Shown: positions 13,646 to 26,982, counted from the stretch's first letter. The stretch is DNA of 64,000 bases from Eledone cirrhosa (GCA_964016885.1 OZ024742.1:157666001-157730000); one strand, 5' to 3'. Notes: generated by a model not told the origin, from the letters alone. Translations and numbers: made by a program.

Positions 13646-13718
13646 GAAAATTATGGTGCGCTTTCATCAGATAAAATAAAGATTTGTTTTATAAATAATT
13701 ATTGACATACCGGGAAAA

Positions 13719-13776
13719 AAAGACAACCTTAACGGTTGGAGCTTCCTATCCAGGAAGCTCCAACCGTTAAGGTTGT

Positions 13777-13780
<4 letters not shown>
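13719..13780. repeat. Perfect palindrome/hairpin (29-bp arms, 4-nt loop)
   Basis: aaagacaaccttaacggttggagcttcct-atcc-aggaagctccaaccgttaaggttgtcttt. Confidence 0.95.
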
Positions 13781-13835
<55 letters not shown>

Positions 13836-13837
<2 letters not shown>

Positions 13838-14024
13838 AACGAGTAGGACCCCGACGGCTGAGCTCAAGCCGTCTCTGGACTAAATTTAATCCAGAATTAG
13901 CCGTCGAAACGGCTTGAGCTCAGCCGTCGGGGTCCTACTCGTTCCTATTACCCACTCTACTATCCTAAGTATTGAGTACTTTGGAGCGTTATGCTCCACC
14001 TGGTTCCTTACCACATTTCCTCCG

Positions 14025-14026
<2 letters not shown>
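13836..14026 (+). mobile_element. Short 3' fragment of the same repeat family as 25875-27170, with a foldback 5' end and the 3' half of an HHR
   Basis: Shares tccagaattagccgtcGAAAcggcttgagctcagccGTCggggtc..ccacatttcc with 27033-27170. Inverted arms at 13838-13872 and 13909-13943; flanked by (TA)n. Confidence 0.8.
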
Positions 14027-14064
<38 letters not shown>

Positions 14065-14067
<3 letters not shown>

Positions 14068-14631
14068 AATATGATAAGAATGGAGCTGCGGCGTTGCAAA
14101 TGGGATACATATGAAAAAGTGAGTCCTTCATCAGTGACCCTCCAACCGTCCCAGGCATTTCATCGCTTTAAGGGCCATATACCTCAGGTTGGTGCGAACA
14201 ACGGCTAAAAAAAGTCGTTGGGACACGTAAATAAAGAGAACGTTAGGGTGAACAAACAAAATGGTTCTCTCTCTCTCTCGTCTGCGTCTTCACAGAACTT
14301 ATGTTTACCGAATTCGCAGACCAGACCCCTTCTTCTTCCCCCCGTTAGACCTGTGCGAAATTCCTTCCTTGCTCACATTTCAACCAGGCTTGATGGTCTT
14401 TATTCCCTAGTTCACGATTTTATCGAGTTTATATGCATAGAAATCTGGGACTTGTCTCTTTCTTCTCACTTTCTGTTGCTTAAACCATTTTGTTTGTTCA
14501 TCTAACGTTCTCTTTATTTACGTGTCCCAACGACTTTTTTTAGCCGTTGTTCGCACCAACCTGAGGTATATGGCCCTTAAAGCGATGAAATGCCTTGGAC
14601 GGTTGGAGGGTCACTGATGAAGGACTCACTT

Positions 14632-14636
<5 letters not shown>
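14065..14636. repeat. Inverted-repeat element between (TA)n tracts (arms ~14110-14267 and ~14482-14638)
   Basis: atgaaaaagtgagtccttcatcag... is the reverse complement of ...ctgatgaaggactcactttttcat. Confidence 0.85.
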
Positions 14637-14701
<65 letters not shown>

Positions 14702-14986
14702 TTGTATGTGTGAATACATGTAAAAATATATATATATTGAGAAACTACGTTTAAAATGAGGCAATTATTGTTCTAAGCGTTCATTTTGTTCTACATTATT
14801 GTGTTATTTTTTCTCCAGCCAGTCAACCAGTAAGTCATTTACTCAATTATGTACATACACATCATACACACACATATATATCCATACATGCACACACAAA
14901 TATACACACACATATATTTCTGTGTGTATATATGTATATAATATAAAATATGTGTGTGTTTTTATTTGTATATCACTATACATATG

Positions 14987-15046
<60 letters not shown>

Positions 15047-15549
15047 CATAATACATGAATATATATACATATACATAGATACATGAATATATATATATAC
15101 ACATAGATGTATTTATATGTGTATATAAGTGTGGCGAGGTGAAGTTTGTACGCATTGATTTATGTTCGTTATTTTTTCTGCTCAAAATTTGAGGAAATTT
15201 GTTTTCCTAGTACACTTTCTAGAAATGTTTCAAACAGTTATACTTCTACGTCATAGCTTCTTTATTGCATTAGTTTCCTAATTTATTTCGACTACTACTA
15301 CTTATAGTAATTATTTCTCTATTGCCTTGTAGGGTCGAGACATAAAGGACATTACAAAAACGGAGAGAGTGGGATTTACATAAAACCTGTAAAAATAAGA
15401 TAACAGGATACAATCAACAACGAATTAATAAAATAAATCCCTAATAATTATGGAGTGCCACCCAGGGTAATGTAAGATCCCCACAGCCAAAAGGCTCATA
15501 TACAGAATAGGCTCTCTCAGTGGGCTATCCTCGCTATATTCATCCAACT

Positions 15550-17950
15550 TTTAAAAACTTTACTTATAGGCAGCATTCACTCTCCACTTTCACCTTCCTT
15601 TGCAAGTGGCACTTGCAATTGTCGATGTGGGCTTAGTCTCAGAGGAAAGTGTCTGTCTCCAGACCTTTCAGTCACACCCATCACACATCCTATTTCGTTA
15701 TAGCCACTAGATAGAGGAAAACGGCCTGCTCGTTCCGTCCCAAAGAAGACGATGGGGGTCATATTCACGATGGAATCGGGCGATAATAGCTGTGCGACAA
15801 AACCCCGCAAATGAGCAATGTTCTAACTAAGTGCGCACAGAATGGTTTACTCTGTCTGTGCGCAGTTTGGACTGGCTAGTCTGACAGTACTCCTGTGCCG
15901 GTAGAATTTCTCTGGAAACGCCAGTTCTCACCGTTAAGTCCGGGATTTTTGGAAATTGTCCGTAGACTCCGGCATGAAATCCTCCGGTACAGACTGGTTA
16001 CTTCGACTTTGACGATACCTGCAGTTTATTCGAGAACGTAATCGATCTTGCACACCATTTGTCCTTTATAGAACGCTAAAGTAGGAGTTTTACTGACCGC
16101 ATTGCCAGGCAGGTAGAGGGTTGTGAACACCAGGCAACATTCCGGATGCCAGCTGCTCAGTCTCGGTTTTTGATTAATCCACGAATGGAGGTCTGTCATA
16201 GACACTTATCTGAAAAAACGTGACTAAATCTGCATGTTTGCGCATCATCAGTCAGACCATGCCTAACCCTCTGCGTAGAAGATACTAAAAGCAGATGGAA
16301 CGCCTCACTAGGAGAATAAGTTCGTTTCACAAGAATTTGATAAATAGATGCCCTAAATGAGAAACGCGTGGATGGGATCAAGGCACGACAGTCAGGCGTT
16401 AATAGATGACAGATGTGATGTACGCGTTCACCACCTCCATAGTAACCTTCGGCTATAGCTTCCTCTCGGCCCCTTTCTAGGTAGAAGTTACCACTCTGCT
16501 CGTAATCTCATCCCAACTCCAATTCACAAGAAACACACACCGAGCAACATCATCGGACTGTCCGTCCAGCGTCCAAAGAAGCTGTTGAATTGCATGGATT
16601 TGCCTCATCGTGTGCCGAGCTACAAAGCCACCAAATTATTCGGATTAATGTTTGTTCCCCTCAAACTTTCATAGTTTACCGTCGATGTAGAAATATAGTC
16701 CATTACCAACTCCGTACCCTCGATTCGCAGCTGTGCAAAGTACTGTCGAAAAGCTGCACGTGTCTGCTTAGAATCGAACTGCATGTGCTCATTTCGGTCC
16801 ATCAAAGATAGACTTGTCAGGCTGTGCTTCTGCCACTCGGGCTCAAAGAATAACTGTCGTCCTTCGTGTCTTAGAGCACGTGCCTTAGTAATGACAATTC
16901 AACATTCATGCTGCTCATTGAAGAAATCGCTTATTCTCATTATTGTATCTAGTACGTCGGTGGCAATGATACTCCTTATCGCCTCTTCAAATTTAACAAC
17001 TAATTCCACCACTGCTCTGTTTTTCTATTGCTTCGTTACAGAAATAAGTTGATTCTACTACAGTCTCTGAACTAATGTCCTAATCCATAACCTGTAAACT
17101 TAAAGTGTCGGTAACGGCGCCTTATGCTTCCTGTAACCGTATCTTACAGACAGTTGTAATTGTCTGAACAGGCTCTTGAGACTTATGCACCACCCGCTTC
17201 TATCACCTAATTATTCATGGACTCATCGTGCATCTAAGCTGCTGTTCCTGTCTCCCACTAACAATAAAGCGTGAGACATTTCGAGAAAGGCTTCCATACA
17301 ACTGAAGAAATCAGAATATAGTTGACAACCAGTCTAACAGCAAATACCATTGCTAAAATCGAAGGCAAAAAACGTACCGTCCGTGTCCAGAAAGATGTTC
17401 ATATCTAGAGAACCTGGCCTTTACTACAAACCGCAACGACCCCGCATTCCAATTCCTGGCCAATAATGACCTGTGTATATCTCAAACACCTCACAAAAGT
17501 GGATTAGGTGTTTCTTGGAAATCCTGTATGACATCTATCTTTAGTTATTTGAGGTCTTTGAGCATGTAACCTATTTTCCGGATTACTCCAGGCCACGTAC
17601 ATTTATGCAAGTACTTTTGAATTAGCTATGTTGGCCGGAATTAGTTAAGAGAAAAAGGGATTTTAGTCACCCTCCCAGCCATGTTGGAGGTCTGTTGACT
17701 CAAATTCCATACCTGGTTGGGTTTAGGTTCTTCATTAGCTCTTCATCCGACATATGGAAAGCTTTCCCTTATGCTTTTGTTTTTATCAAGAGGCATACGC
17801 AATGTCCTTAATACTTATGGGTCTTTAAATGCGTTGGTAGCAAACATTTATTTTCCTATCTCAGTATGTTCACATCGCGCTATGAGCGCCATCAAATCTT
17901 CTTTGGTCCTCCTCACTAGCTCGAAATTTGGTGTCTGCTATTTTTTGGTT
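15550..17950 (-). mobile_element. Possible heavily decayed Ty3/Gypsy-type LTR retrotransposon pol remnant
   Basis: Higher-GC coding-like block with weak motifs (LAMVFAVR, RNase H-like; IVITKARALRHEG, integrase Zn-region-like) and many stops. Confidence 0.3.
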
Positions 17951-20594
17951 GTGTGTGCTTTCTTTTTGATAGCAATTGTGGTTGTAATAATGTTGGTGGT
18001 GTTGGATGTAGTAGTTGTGCTTGTATTGACGGATGAAAATACTGGTTAGTTTAACTATAAAAATATATTATATTTTCGACAAATTACATTGGGTAGCAAT
18101 GAAAATAACAACAAGATAACGAGAGCAATTTGTAACACGTGCCTATAACCAAACTAGTAATAATATTTTCTACATTTGTTACAAAGCTAGTAATTTAAGG
18201 GGTGAAGCCGATTAATTCGACAGTGCGTAAGTGGTACTTATCGACCATGTAAAAATTAAAAGCAAAGCTGATCTCGTTGGGAGTAGATCTCAAGCAGCCC
18301 CCCACTCTGTAGAACACTACAAGCAATAAGTCTATTGATTCTTTCAAAATTCTAAATTTCCCAATGCTTCATATGTTGACTTCTTTAAATAATAAATTAT
18401 ATTCGTGAATTAATAATATTGAATTTCCTTCGCTATATATATATATATTTCTCTCATTCAATTTGTATCATCTACACGTTAGTTATTTTAACGCTAACTT
18501 AAATATTATTATATAATATATCCAAATATTTATAAGAATTTCTCAAACACAGCTGTGTCGCAATTTGATTTCATATGAATAAGTCCTTTCATTTGCTTTG
18601 AGAATACGATAGCTGTGTATATAAATAGTTTACCACACACAGAAAAAAAAGAAGTATATGTGAATAGAATGAAGTCATATAGATAGTGAAGTAAATTGCT
18701 AGCTTATTTTATGAACTGCAAATTTTAAATGAATTCCAAAATTTAATTTTGTTAATATATTATGTTTCGTGTTTAAAGAATCTGTTTAAGACGGAATCAA
18801 AATAGATATGGCAATGCATGGGATTAGATAGAATACAGTTTTTATTTTCTATTTTATTCTATTAATCGCATATTTTATTTAACTCCTGGGTAGGTCATAC
18901 TCACCTCCACAATTATTATACTAATAGGTTAGGTTGGTGCTAATATACTTACTATAGCCAACCAACAACTTTTCTATTTAAAATTACAAACATGAGAAAT
19001 AATCTTTACATTTATTAGGCATTATAGAGTAGAAAGGCTCGGAAGACAGCCTTGGAAATTTACATGATTAGAACTAAGTTAAATTAAAATGTGGCCTAAT
19101 GTCTGTCAAATAACGTTGGTAGTCGCAGTAAAGTGATACAGAAGGTTCAGTCATATTTGACCTCCAGTATTATTAGACAACTGGAGTTCTGAACGTGGCT
19201 CGTGACACCCTTCAACGGGTAAAACATGTACACGCAGGGCATTTCATACACACATACATCCATACTGAAGATATTAAGCTTCAGTCTAGTTGCAATCTAA
19301 ATAATAAAATAATTTTGAAATATATTTAGATTCTGTAAGTCAATAGCTATTATATAAACGTTAACCAGGAAGTCCTGGCACCTACTGCATGGAAACTAAT
19401 ATTCTAGAATGACTTGTAAATTATTTTTGTCAGAACAGATGAGGCAATATTTTTGGCACATTTTACAGAATATTACAAACTATTATTTGAGAGTTTAGCT
19501 TCAATTTATTAACCAAATTCATTCCTTTATAAATTCTGCCTGATGATATGGGGAGAAATCGATATCTAATCAGATGGGTGGTAACAAGACTGGTGATTTC
19601 AATTGAAAGCAATAGCAGTTAATTCGTCGATTGTTTCTACGAATTTCCTGCCAGATCAAAAACCAAATAAATCACAGCAATATCGACATTTAATCAAAAA
19701 CTTGGCTTTTAATTACATTTGCCATCATCTCACAGGAGTAAATTATATATGGTGAGATATAATGAACCCATGTGGTGCTTATTAGTTTAAGATGACGAGC
19801 GCGTCGATGGTAACAGAATTTGGTCTGATAACTTGCTATTATTCGCATAGATGCAGATGACTGTCAGAAATAGAAATCCATATATTAATATCAAACTCCG
19901 GGTTTACATTCTTTAATAAATATTCTCATTGGATGAATATCATTATTCGATGCGTTATGATATATATATCAGCCATAGGCAAATTGCAACCTGTTTTGCT
20001 TTCTGAATGGCACGTCTAAATTCAGGATTGCTTTGAAAAATTTAGCAGTGCGGCTCACTTCATAGTGAGCCGCATTATATGGTGCCCAGTGCTTAAACAT
20101 GACATTTCTAGCCAAGCATATCTTTTATATTTTTTAACACAATTTCTCTGTTTTGTTGAAAAATGAAAAAAAATGTCTTAAATAGTTAAGCAAATGTGAT
20201 CAACACGTGTTCTACTTGGACAGAGGTAAAGGGCAGAAACATAATGGTTTCTAGTGTCACATATAAACTGGGAATGCTAAATAATGTTAAATGATTTATA
20301 TGGATATATATATATATAAATTAGAATTGGTGCTCTGAAATAGCGATATATATATGTGAATGTATATATAGTCTATTTTGCAATACACTGTATGCTTAGA
20401 TAAAAGAATTTTGAAGACCTTACGCTATTGTTTTAAAGTAGTGACAATGTCACTTACTTCAATTTTCAGCAAACAAGGGGGGATTAGCTGACAGAGCTCT
20501 GTTTCGTACTTGTTGGTACTTATCAAAGCTCACTACTCCTCCTGTCCGCTGAAAATTGAGCATACAGTGTATTGCAAAATACACTATATATACA

Positions 20595-20715
<121 letters not shown>

Positions 20716-21002
20716 CAGATTAAATAAAGATGGCGTAGACATACAATACAACAGGAGGAAACATAACAGCACCGCTGACGATGTTGCAGATGTGCAACGA
20801 AATAACTTTGTTAGACTATATATATGTGTTTGTGTCTATAGTATATCTGTATTTTTGACCGTTAGTCAGTCAATGGTAAAATTGAGGCCCGAATAAATTA
20901 ACTGATATGAAAGTTACAGAAGCGAAAACCAACGAAACATTGAGTGTGTTCTGTTATTAATTCTGGCAATAGTATTACAACAATATGACCCTCCCCAAGT
21001 AT

Positions 21003-21156
<154 letters not shown>

Positions 21157-21452
21157 GAAAAGTATAGAAATTATTGTAGCAAGAAGCCAACAGTATTCCA
21201 TAATATATATAAGTGACTATAGCGTCAAAATGGAAAAATAGTTAACGTAAGATGTGGGGAAATAATTCAAACTCAATTCAAATACAATCAGGATAGAAAA
21301 TGGTGTGCCTAATTTCGTAAGATACATAAAACGAAACCTTAAAATATTGCCTATCAGAGGAATATCCATATTTAAATAAAGACTGATATTCATTACATGT
21401 ATAATTGACTATCTGAATTTAATTATAAGTCTGTGTATGTTGCTTTATGATA

Positions 21453-21616
21453 TTGGTTTCTTATATAGGCACAAGGCCAGTAATTTTGGGGGAAGGGAAA
21501 ATCGATTAAATCGACCCCAGTGCGTGACTCGTAATTCATTTTATCGACCCCGTAAGGATTAAAGGCAAAGTTAACCTCGGCGGGATTTGAACTCAAGGCG
21601 TCCGACCCTCTACCGT
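21453..21616 (-). mobile_element. tRNA-derived SINE (octopus-type family)
   Basis: The rc contains B-box-like gagttcaaatcccgccgaggttaactttgccttt..ccttacggggtcgataaaa. Copies occur at 32050, 48942 and 57007, with decayed ones near 4270, 18180, 36790, 43085, 43360 and 56175. Confidence 0.8.
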
Positions 21617-21960
21617 GTTTCCTTATGATATTAATAAAAGAAGCGCTTGGGTAGAGACAGATGTTAGTCTAATAACTTGCCACTACTCACGTTGATGTAA
21701 TAAACCTCCGTTGGATTTCATCAGTGATTGCTCCACCACATTCACGTGGATTTGGAATATATTTATATGTCTGACAGAAATACAGACACATTTACTAATA
21801 TTAAACATGTTTTAATAAAATGTTCCGTTAATTAGAATATCAACATTATTTGTGTTATTGACACGGACACATCTAAATACGACAGTTTTCATGTACAAAT
21901 CCAACGCTATTATGTACAAAGATATCGATTAAACAAGATTGCAATATGATTTACCTTAGA

Positions 21961-21992
<32 letters not shown>

Positions 21993-21996
<4 letters not shown>

Positions 21997-23335
21997 CTTT
22001 GATAACTTTGATAGGTTTCGGACTGTATTGACCCAGGCCATGTCTAACTTAATAGCACCACCTGGCGAAGTCTTGCAAATCAGGGTGTGGGCATGATGGC
22101 CCACTCGAGCAGAGAGTTATTGTTTACGGAGGGATATCCGGGTGTAGGAGGCTTATCCGGGATTTCTTGAAGGAATTTTTCCAAAGACTTCTTGAACTTG
22201 ATGGGGTCTGTTTCTGTATTGATGTGTTTTAGTGTAATGTTAAAGAGAGCAGGGCCTTTGAGGTGAATTAATTGTGCCGTATTGTTGTTATGAGATGCAA
22301 GTGAGATTTTTGTCATGGGGCCCAAGCCTTGAGTGTACATTAAAGCTGACGCCAAAATCATTTGGGCAAAGTTGATGGAATATTTTGCACACCATGTAGA
22401 AAATGTAGCGCTCACGGCGACTTTGGAGAGAATAAGGTTTGAGCTTTTCTAATCGACTCCAATAGTCAAGGCCTGTCATGCCATCTATCATTTTTTGTAA
22501 TCGATCTTTGGGGTACTTCAACTTTCATGATACTTTGTTTCGCGTGGGGACACCACAGTGGACAACAGTATTGAAGGTGGGGTCGGACAAAAAAGTGGGG
22601 CCGGACAAAAGTTTTTCTGACCATTGTTTTTCTGTTTTGAGGGATACTGCACTTAGTTTTGTTCACAGGTTTTGGTGGGGTGTGTTTTGTACATATATTT
22701 GTGACAGTGTCTACAAAGATCTGCCAAGATGTTTTCATATTGGTTGAAATGTGTGCGTGTGTAAAAGACCAGTCAACATGTGATAGTTCGTTCATAATTG
22801 CATCCCAGTTGACATTGTACAGATCCAATGGGTGGGCTGGAAAGAGGTCCCTACGATTAACTTTCGGCTGGCGTAATCTCAGGTTACAAAGAACCATGTC
22901 ATTGTCTGTGAGAAGGGTTTTTTCCACTGTAAAATTATGTATAGTGTTAGTGTGGTTACTAAACACTAGATCCAGAATGTTTTTCTGAAGCATTGTTGGT
23001 GCAAGGACAAGTTGGGACAAGAAACATTCATTCATGACGCGACTGCTTCGTCAGTGGTTGAGGTTGGAGTGCCTGGTTTCAAAAAGCTTGTAGACCAATC
23101 GACACAGGGTAGATAAAAGTCTCCCATCCAAAGTATGTTGCTAGAATAGCACTGTTTAATAAAAAATTTAATGCGGTTGAGGCATTCTTTGCAGCAGATT
23201 ATGGGTGTTTGTGGTGGCCTATAGAGCCCAACTAATATCAGGTCATTGGGTTTGTTGTACACAGTTTGTTGTGCACACTGCTGTAAAGGAATCATGAAGG
23301 AAAATGGCAGATCCACACTTCCTTCTGCCAACACG
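21993..23335 (-). mobile_element. CR1/L2-group LINE, internally deleted (AP endonuclease joined to post-RT C-terminus)
   Basis: LVGLYRPP..ILWMGDFYLPCVDW..FLSQLVLAPT..NILDLVFSN is followed directly by FVRPHLQYCCPLWCPH..LDYWSRLEKLKPYSLQSRRERY. A short tandem 3' tail lies near 21995. Confidence 0.85.
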
Positions 23336-23405
23336 ATCCGCTCGAAAAGATATATATATATATATATATCTTTATATATATATATATATATATCGAAATC
23401 ACTAG

Positions 23406-23498
23406 ACGTATCTGAGGGACTTGCGAATCCAGAGTCAGATTCGATCCACAAACAGATCGCACTACGAGCTGTTCGCCGGAGAAACAATTGTAATACGT
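23406..23498 (+). ncRNA. Hammerhead ribozyme motif (one core deviation) in a ~150-bp solo pLTR-like insert
   Basis: acgtat-CTGAGGGA-cttgcgaat..gttcgccgg-a-GAAA-caatt-GTA-atacgt-AATAAA; the insert is bounded by (TA)n. Confidence 0.65.
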
Positions 23499-23539
23499 AA
23501 TAAATTGTGTTCCCATGCATCACTGATTCTTCGTTTTCC

Positions 23540-23594
<55 letters not shown>

Positions 23595-23609
23595 TTATAT
23601 ATATATAAG

Positions 23610-25853
23610 AAATTTTGTCACGCTACTTTTAGCTAAAAACTTAAACAATCAAAGCATGGAAAGATTACGGAAAACATCAGAGTCTTCTTCAATAGACTAG
23701 TGCTAGGTATCACTTTCGGACTTAACTATAAAGAAGCAAACTTCTTAGATGTAACACTCAACCTAAACACAGGACTAATAGAGCCCTTCCATAAAAATAA
23801 CGAAAATCTAGCCTACATTAGTTATAACCCAAACCACCCTCGCTCCATAATTAACTCGATAGCACATAGTATATCCCTCAGAATATCCCGCCAATCCTCT
23901 AACCTAGAGATTGTTAACGAACATGCAAACTTCTATAACATAGCCTTACATAAAGCAGGCCACAAGAAGGGGCAATAATATATACAAGATCGAGGTAGCA
24001 ACAACAAACCTAACGACAACTAAACTACCCGCACCCATAGGAATAACAAATATAGAACTAAACATGGAAATAGACCACGAGAACCAGAAATAGCCGAACC
24101 GAACGCTAATAGGGACCCCTAGAATCTATAGAAAATCAACTGATAGGAAAGAATTATGGTTCAAACCAATATCCAACTCCTATAAAAACCCACCTACCTT
24201 CTACTTTCCTTAAGCTAATTGACAAACACTTCCCTAAACTACACAAATACCATGCAATCTTTAACAGAAAATCTATCAAACTCTCTTACTCTACTGCAGC
24301 CAGCATAGAATCACACATACATAAAATTAACTATAGAAGAAACTCTAAGGAAAATAACCTACCAACATACACCATAGCATGAAATACAAAACACAAAACA
24401 CATAACAACATCTTAACGACACACACGTCAGGGTGCATCGCAACCAAACCTCAATAAACCCTAACAACATACAAAACCGCAACGGAGAGCCTGCACGCAG
24501 AAAGGCCTCCAACTGTAACTGCCACCTGCCGGATAAATGCTCACTACAAGGTAGATGCCTCGAATCAAGTATAGGTACCTGTGTACTATCAAATCGGGCA
24601 ACTTAGCATGGCACTACATAGGTTCTACAGCTGGGGAATTGATAACAAAATGATATGTACATAGACATTCTATGGAAAACCTTACACTAGAGAACTCAAA
24701 GAATTGGCCAAAAAAATCTGGCAGCTTAAGGACACCAACCAGGGATATGGGATTAGCTGGTCGAAATTATCGAGAGCATGGGCCTACAATAATGGAATGT
24801 CCCACTGCGGTTTCGCAATACGGTGCTGCTCCATATTTTAAAGTATGATAAAATGCTGCTTAACAACAAAATAGAACGATCAATTTTCTGTAGGCACAAA
24901 GCACTGCCAAGTTCTCTAACGTGAAACCGGCATGATTCGATCCAGCAATCTGAGAATCTAAGCAGAACCACCCGAGTTTTAATGTACTAGCTCTACACCA
25001 CCCCACTGTTATTAGCTGTCAACTGACTAACTGGTCATTAAATCAACATCATAAATTCCCAACCTTTCTCTCACTCCCTCTCTCTCTCTCTTTCTCTCTC
25101 TATAGCCACATCACCTCCATTAAGATAACACAATCAGTCTGTTCGACATTAACCACCCGTATATCATCACTGCCCCTTTCACTTTTTATTCTCTATCAAT
25201 CAATCTACTCCTTCCTCGTTCTTAGCCCTACCCCTTATGCCTTATCCTCGAATCCTTATCCCTACTCTTTGTCTCCTGTCCCTTATCTCTTCCCCTCTCA
25301 CTTATTTTTTATCTATTATTTTTTATCTTTTATCTGTTATTTGTTATTTTTTATTTCTAATTTTTTTATTCTAATCTTCTGGGATTTGATCATACCTCTT
25401 GCATTTAAACTACATACCTATTTAATGTTCCTTTTCGTGTTATTGTTATCTCTACCGTCATCACTATTTTCACATCCACTTACTCACCCCTGTAACTTCA
25501 ACTATCACCACCACTACTATTATCAACAATCGCATTATGTACTTATTTTTTACTTATTTTTTACATCATTATCATTTTCATTCTAACTTCTTTATTATTA
25601 TTATCTTTTATTGTCTTTCATTATTGATGTTATTGTTTTGATTCTCCGATGTATTTATAAATACAAATATCATGTGTTACACCCTCCAGTATTCTGATGA
25701 TTTGATCAGAGACACACACTGTATTTAACGTCGATTGACGCAACCTCGAGTGATTATCGCCCTTTAGACTCACCTGATCAATGAAAGAATTGTTAATACT
25801 GTAAATAAAACCCTTTTTGTACAGCCGATCATGTTATTCTTCACTCTTTCACT
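23610..25853 (+). mobile_element. 5'-truncated Penelope-like element (RT end, GIY-YIG, long 3' UTR, HHR)
   Basis: NFLDVTLNLNTGLIEPFHK..NHPRSIINSIAHSISLRIS; CNCHLPDKC..C..WHYIGST. Same family as 32890-35910. Confidence 0.9.
25688..25800 (+). ncRNA. Type I hammerhead at PLE 3' end (stem III carries one mutation)
   Basis: agtatt-CTGATGA-t-ttgatcag..ctgatcaa-t-GAAA-gaatt-GTT-aatact, then AATAAA. Confidence 0.7.
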
Positions 25854-25888
25854 ATATATATATATATATATATATAGGAACCAGTAAG

Positions 25889-25982
25889 ACCCCGACAGCT
25901 GAGCTCAAGCTGTTTCGACGGCTAATTCTGGACTAAATGAAAATTTATCCTGGTATTTAAATAGCCGATCTTCTCAAGGGGT
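25889..25982 (-). ncRNA. Hammerhead ribozyme, U3-A8 core variant (inverted copy)
   Basis: Reverse complement of 26983-27076, with a substitution in stem III. Confidence 0.7.
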
Positions 25983-26982
25983 AATTCCATATATGGTCAA
26001 AGTGATTGTCAAAAATCAGTAGTAATTCTGTGGTTGCAAATTAGTAGGGGAGATGGTGGCTAAACCTGCCAGTAGGAGAAAGAGGGGAGGGGTGGAGTAG
26101 ACCCAATCAAGCGTTGGTAGTGCCAGCTACAGCTGGGCATGAGGTCAAAGAAGATACAGGGGAGGGGGAGGGGGAGGAAGTCGGAACGGTAGGTAGAACA
26201 ATGGGGGGTAGAAAAATATGCCTTATTTTTTCGTTTCAGTATTTCTTGCTTCGCTTTTCTTCTGGGCGGGGTGGATTCTGAATTTATTTCTCCGTATTCT
26301 ACCTTTATTTCGTACGAACTTTCATGTAGCTTGTTTTAGATCTTTTAGAGTTAACATTAGTATATATTTTTCTCGGGACTCAGAATTATTATCTCGTACA
26401 AGTTCACTTTGCTGCACTGGGTCGTTGCTGGCCCGGGATGGAAACCTTTATTATTTATTTCGCGGTAGTCTCTTTAGTATTTTGGCCCCTTTTGTTGACC
26501 CGTCACCGTATCATTTACGTACTTATACCTCTTAAAAGGGTCCTTGCCTATTTCGTCCCACCTAGTTCTTTTACTTATTTCGTTATTTCTTTATTTCTTT
26601 CTTTCTTTACTTCTTTCTTTCTTTCTTTATTTTATTCTAGCCTAACAATAGCCTGAGACCTAGGTCGTAGAATTTAATTTACTTTACTTTTTTCTTTACA
26701 CTTATTTGCTTTTCTTCACTCTCAGTATTTTTTCTTTCCTAAATATATTTTTCTACCCCCCATTGTTCTACCTACCGTTCCGACTTCCTCCCCCTCCCCC
26801 TCCCCTGTATCTTCTTTGACCTCATGCCCAGCTGTAGCTGGCACTACCATCGCTTGATTGGGTCTACTCCACCCCCTCCCCTCTTTCTCCTACTGGCAGG
26901 TTTAGCCACCATCTCCCCTACTAATTTGCAACCACAGAATTACTACTGATTTTTGACAATCACTTTGACCATATATGGAATT

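Larger units (their letters stand above)
11406..13652 (+). repeat. Tandem array of four near-identical ~556-bp non-coding units, each carrying a hammerhead ribozyme (retrozyme-like)
   Basis: The motif actaattagtt^ggagtgaaaatt recurs with predicted cut sites after 11416 (partial), 11971, 12528, 13084 and 13640 (spacing 555/557/556/556). Units differ mainly in homopolymer length plus a few SNPs, and no ORF is listed inside the array. Confidence 0.95.

Noticed and set aside
11406-13652. Array as a CRISPR locus, rDNA/5S or snRNA cluster
   Set aside because: There are no unique spacers or cas genes and no recognisable rRNA/snRNA sequence; whole units repeat.
14555-14630. HHR-like ctgaggta..gaaa and a ctgatga within the inverted element
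   Set aside because: The core is non-canonical, there is no NUH before the stem I partner, and the ctgatga lacks a downstream GAAA.
20775-20813. CTGACGA-t-gttgca/tgcaac-GAAA-taac/gtta
   Set aside because: Stems II and III are good but U16.1-H17 and stem I are missing; probably a truncated HHR relic, so not called as functional.
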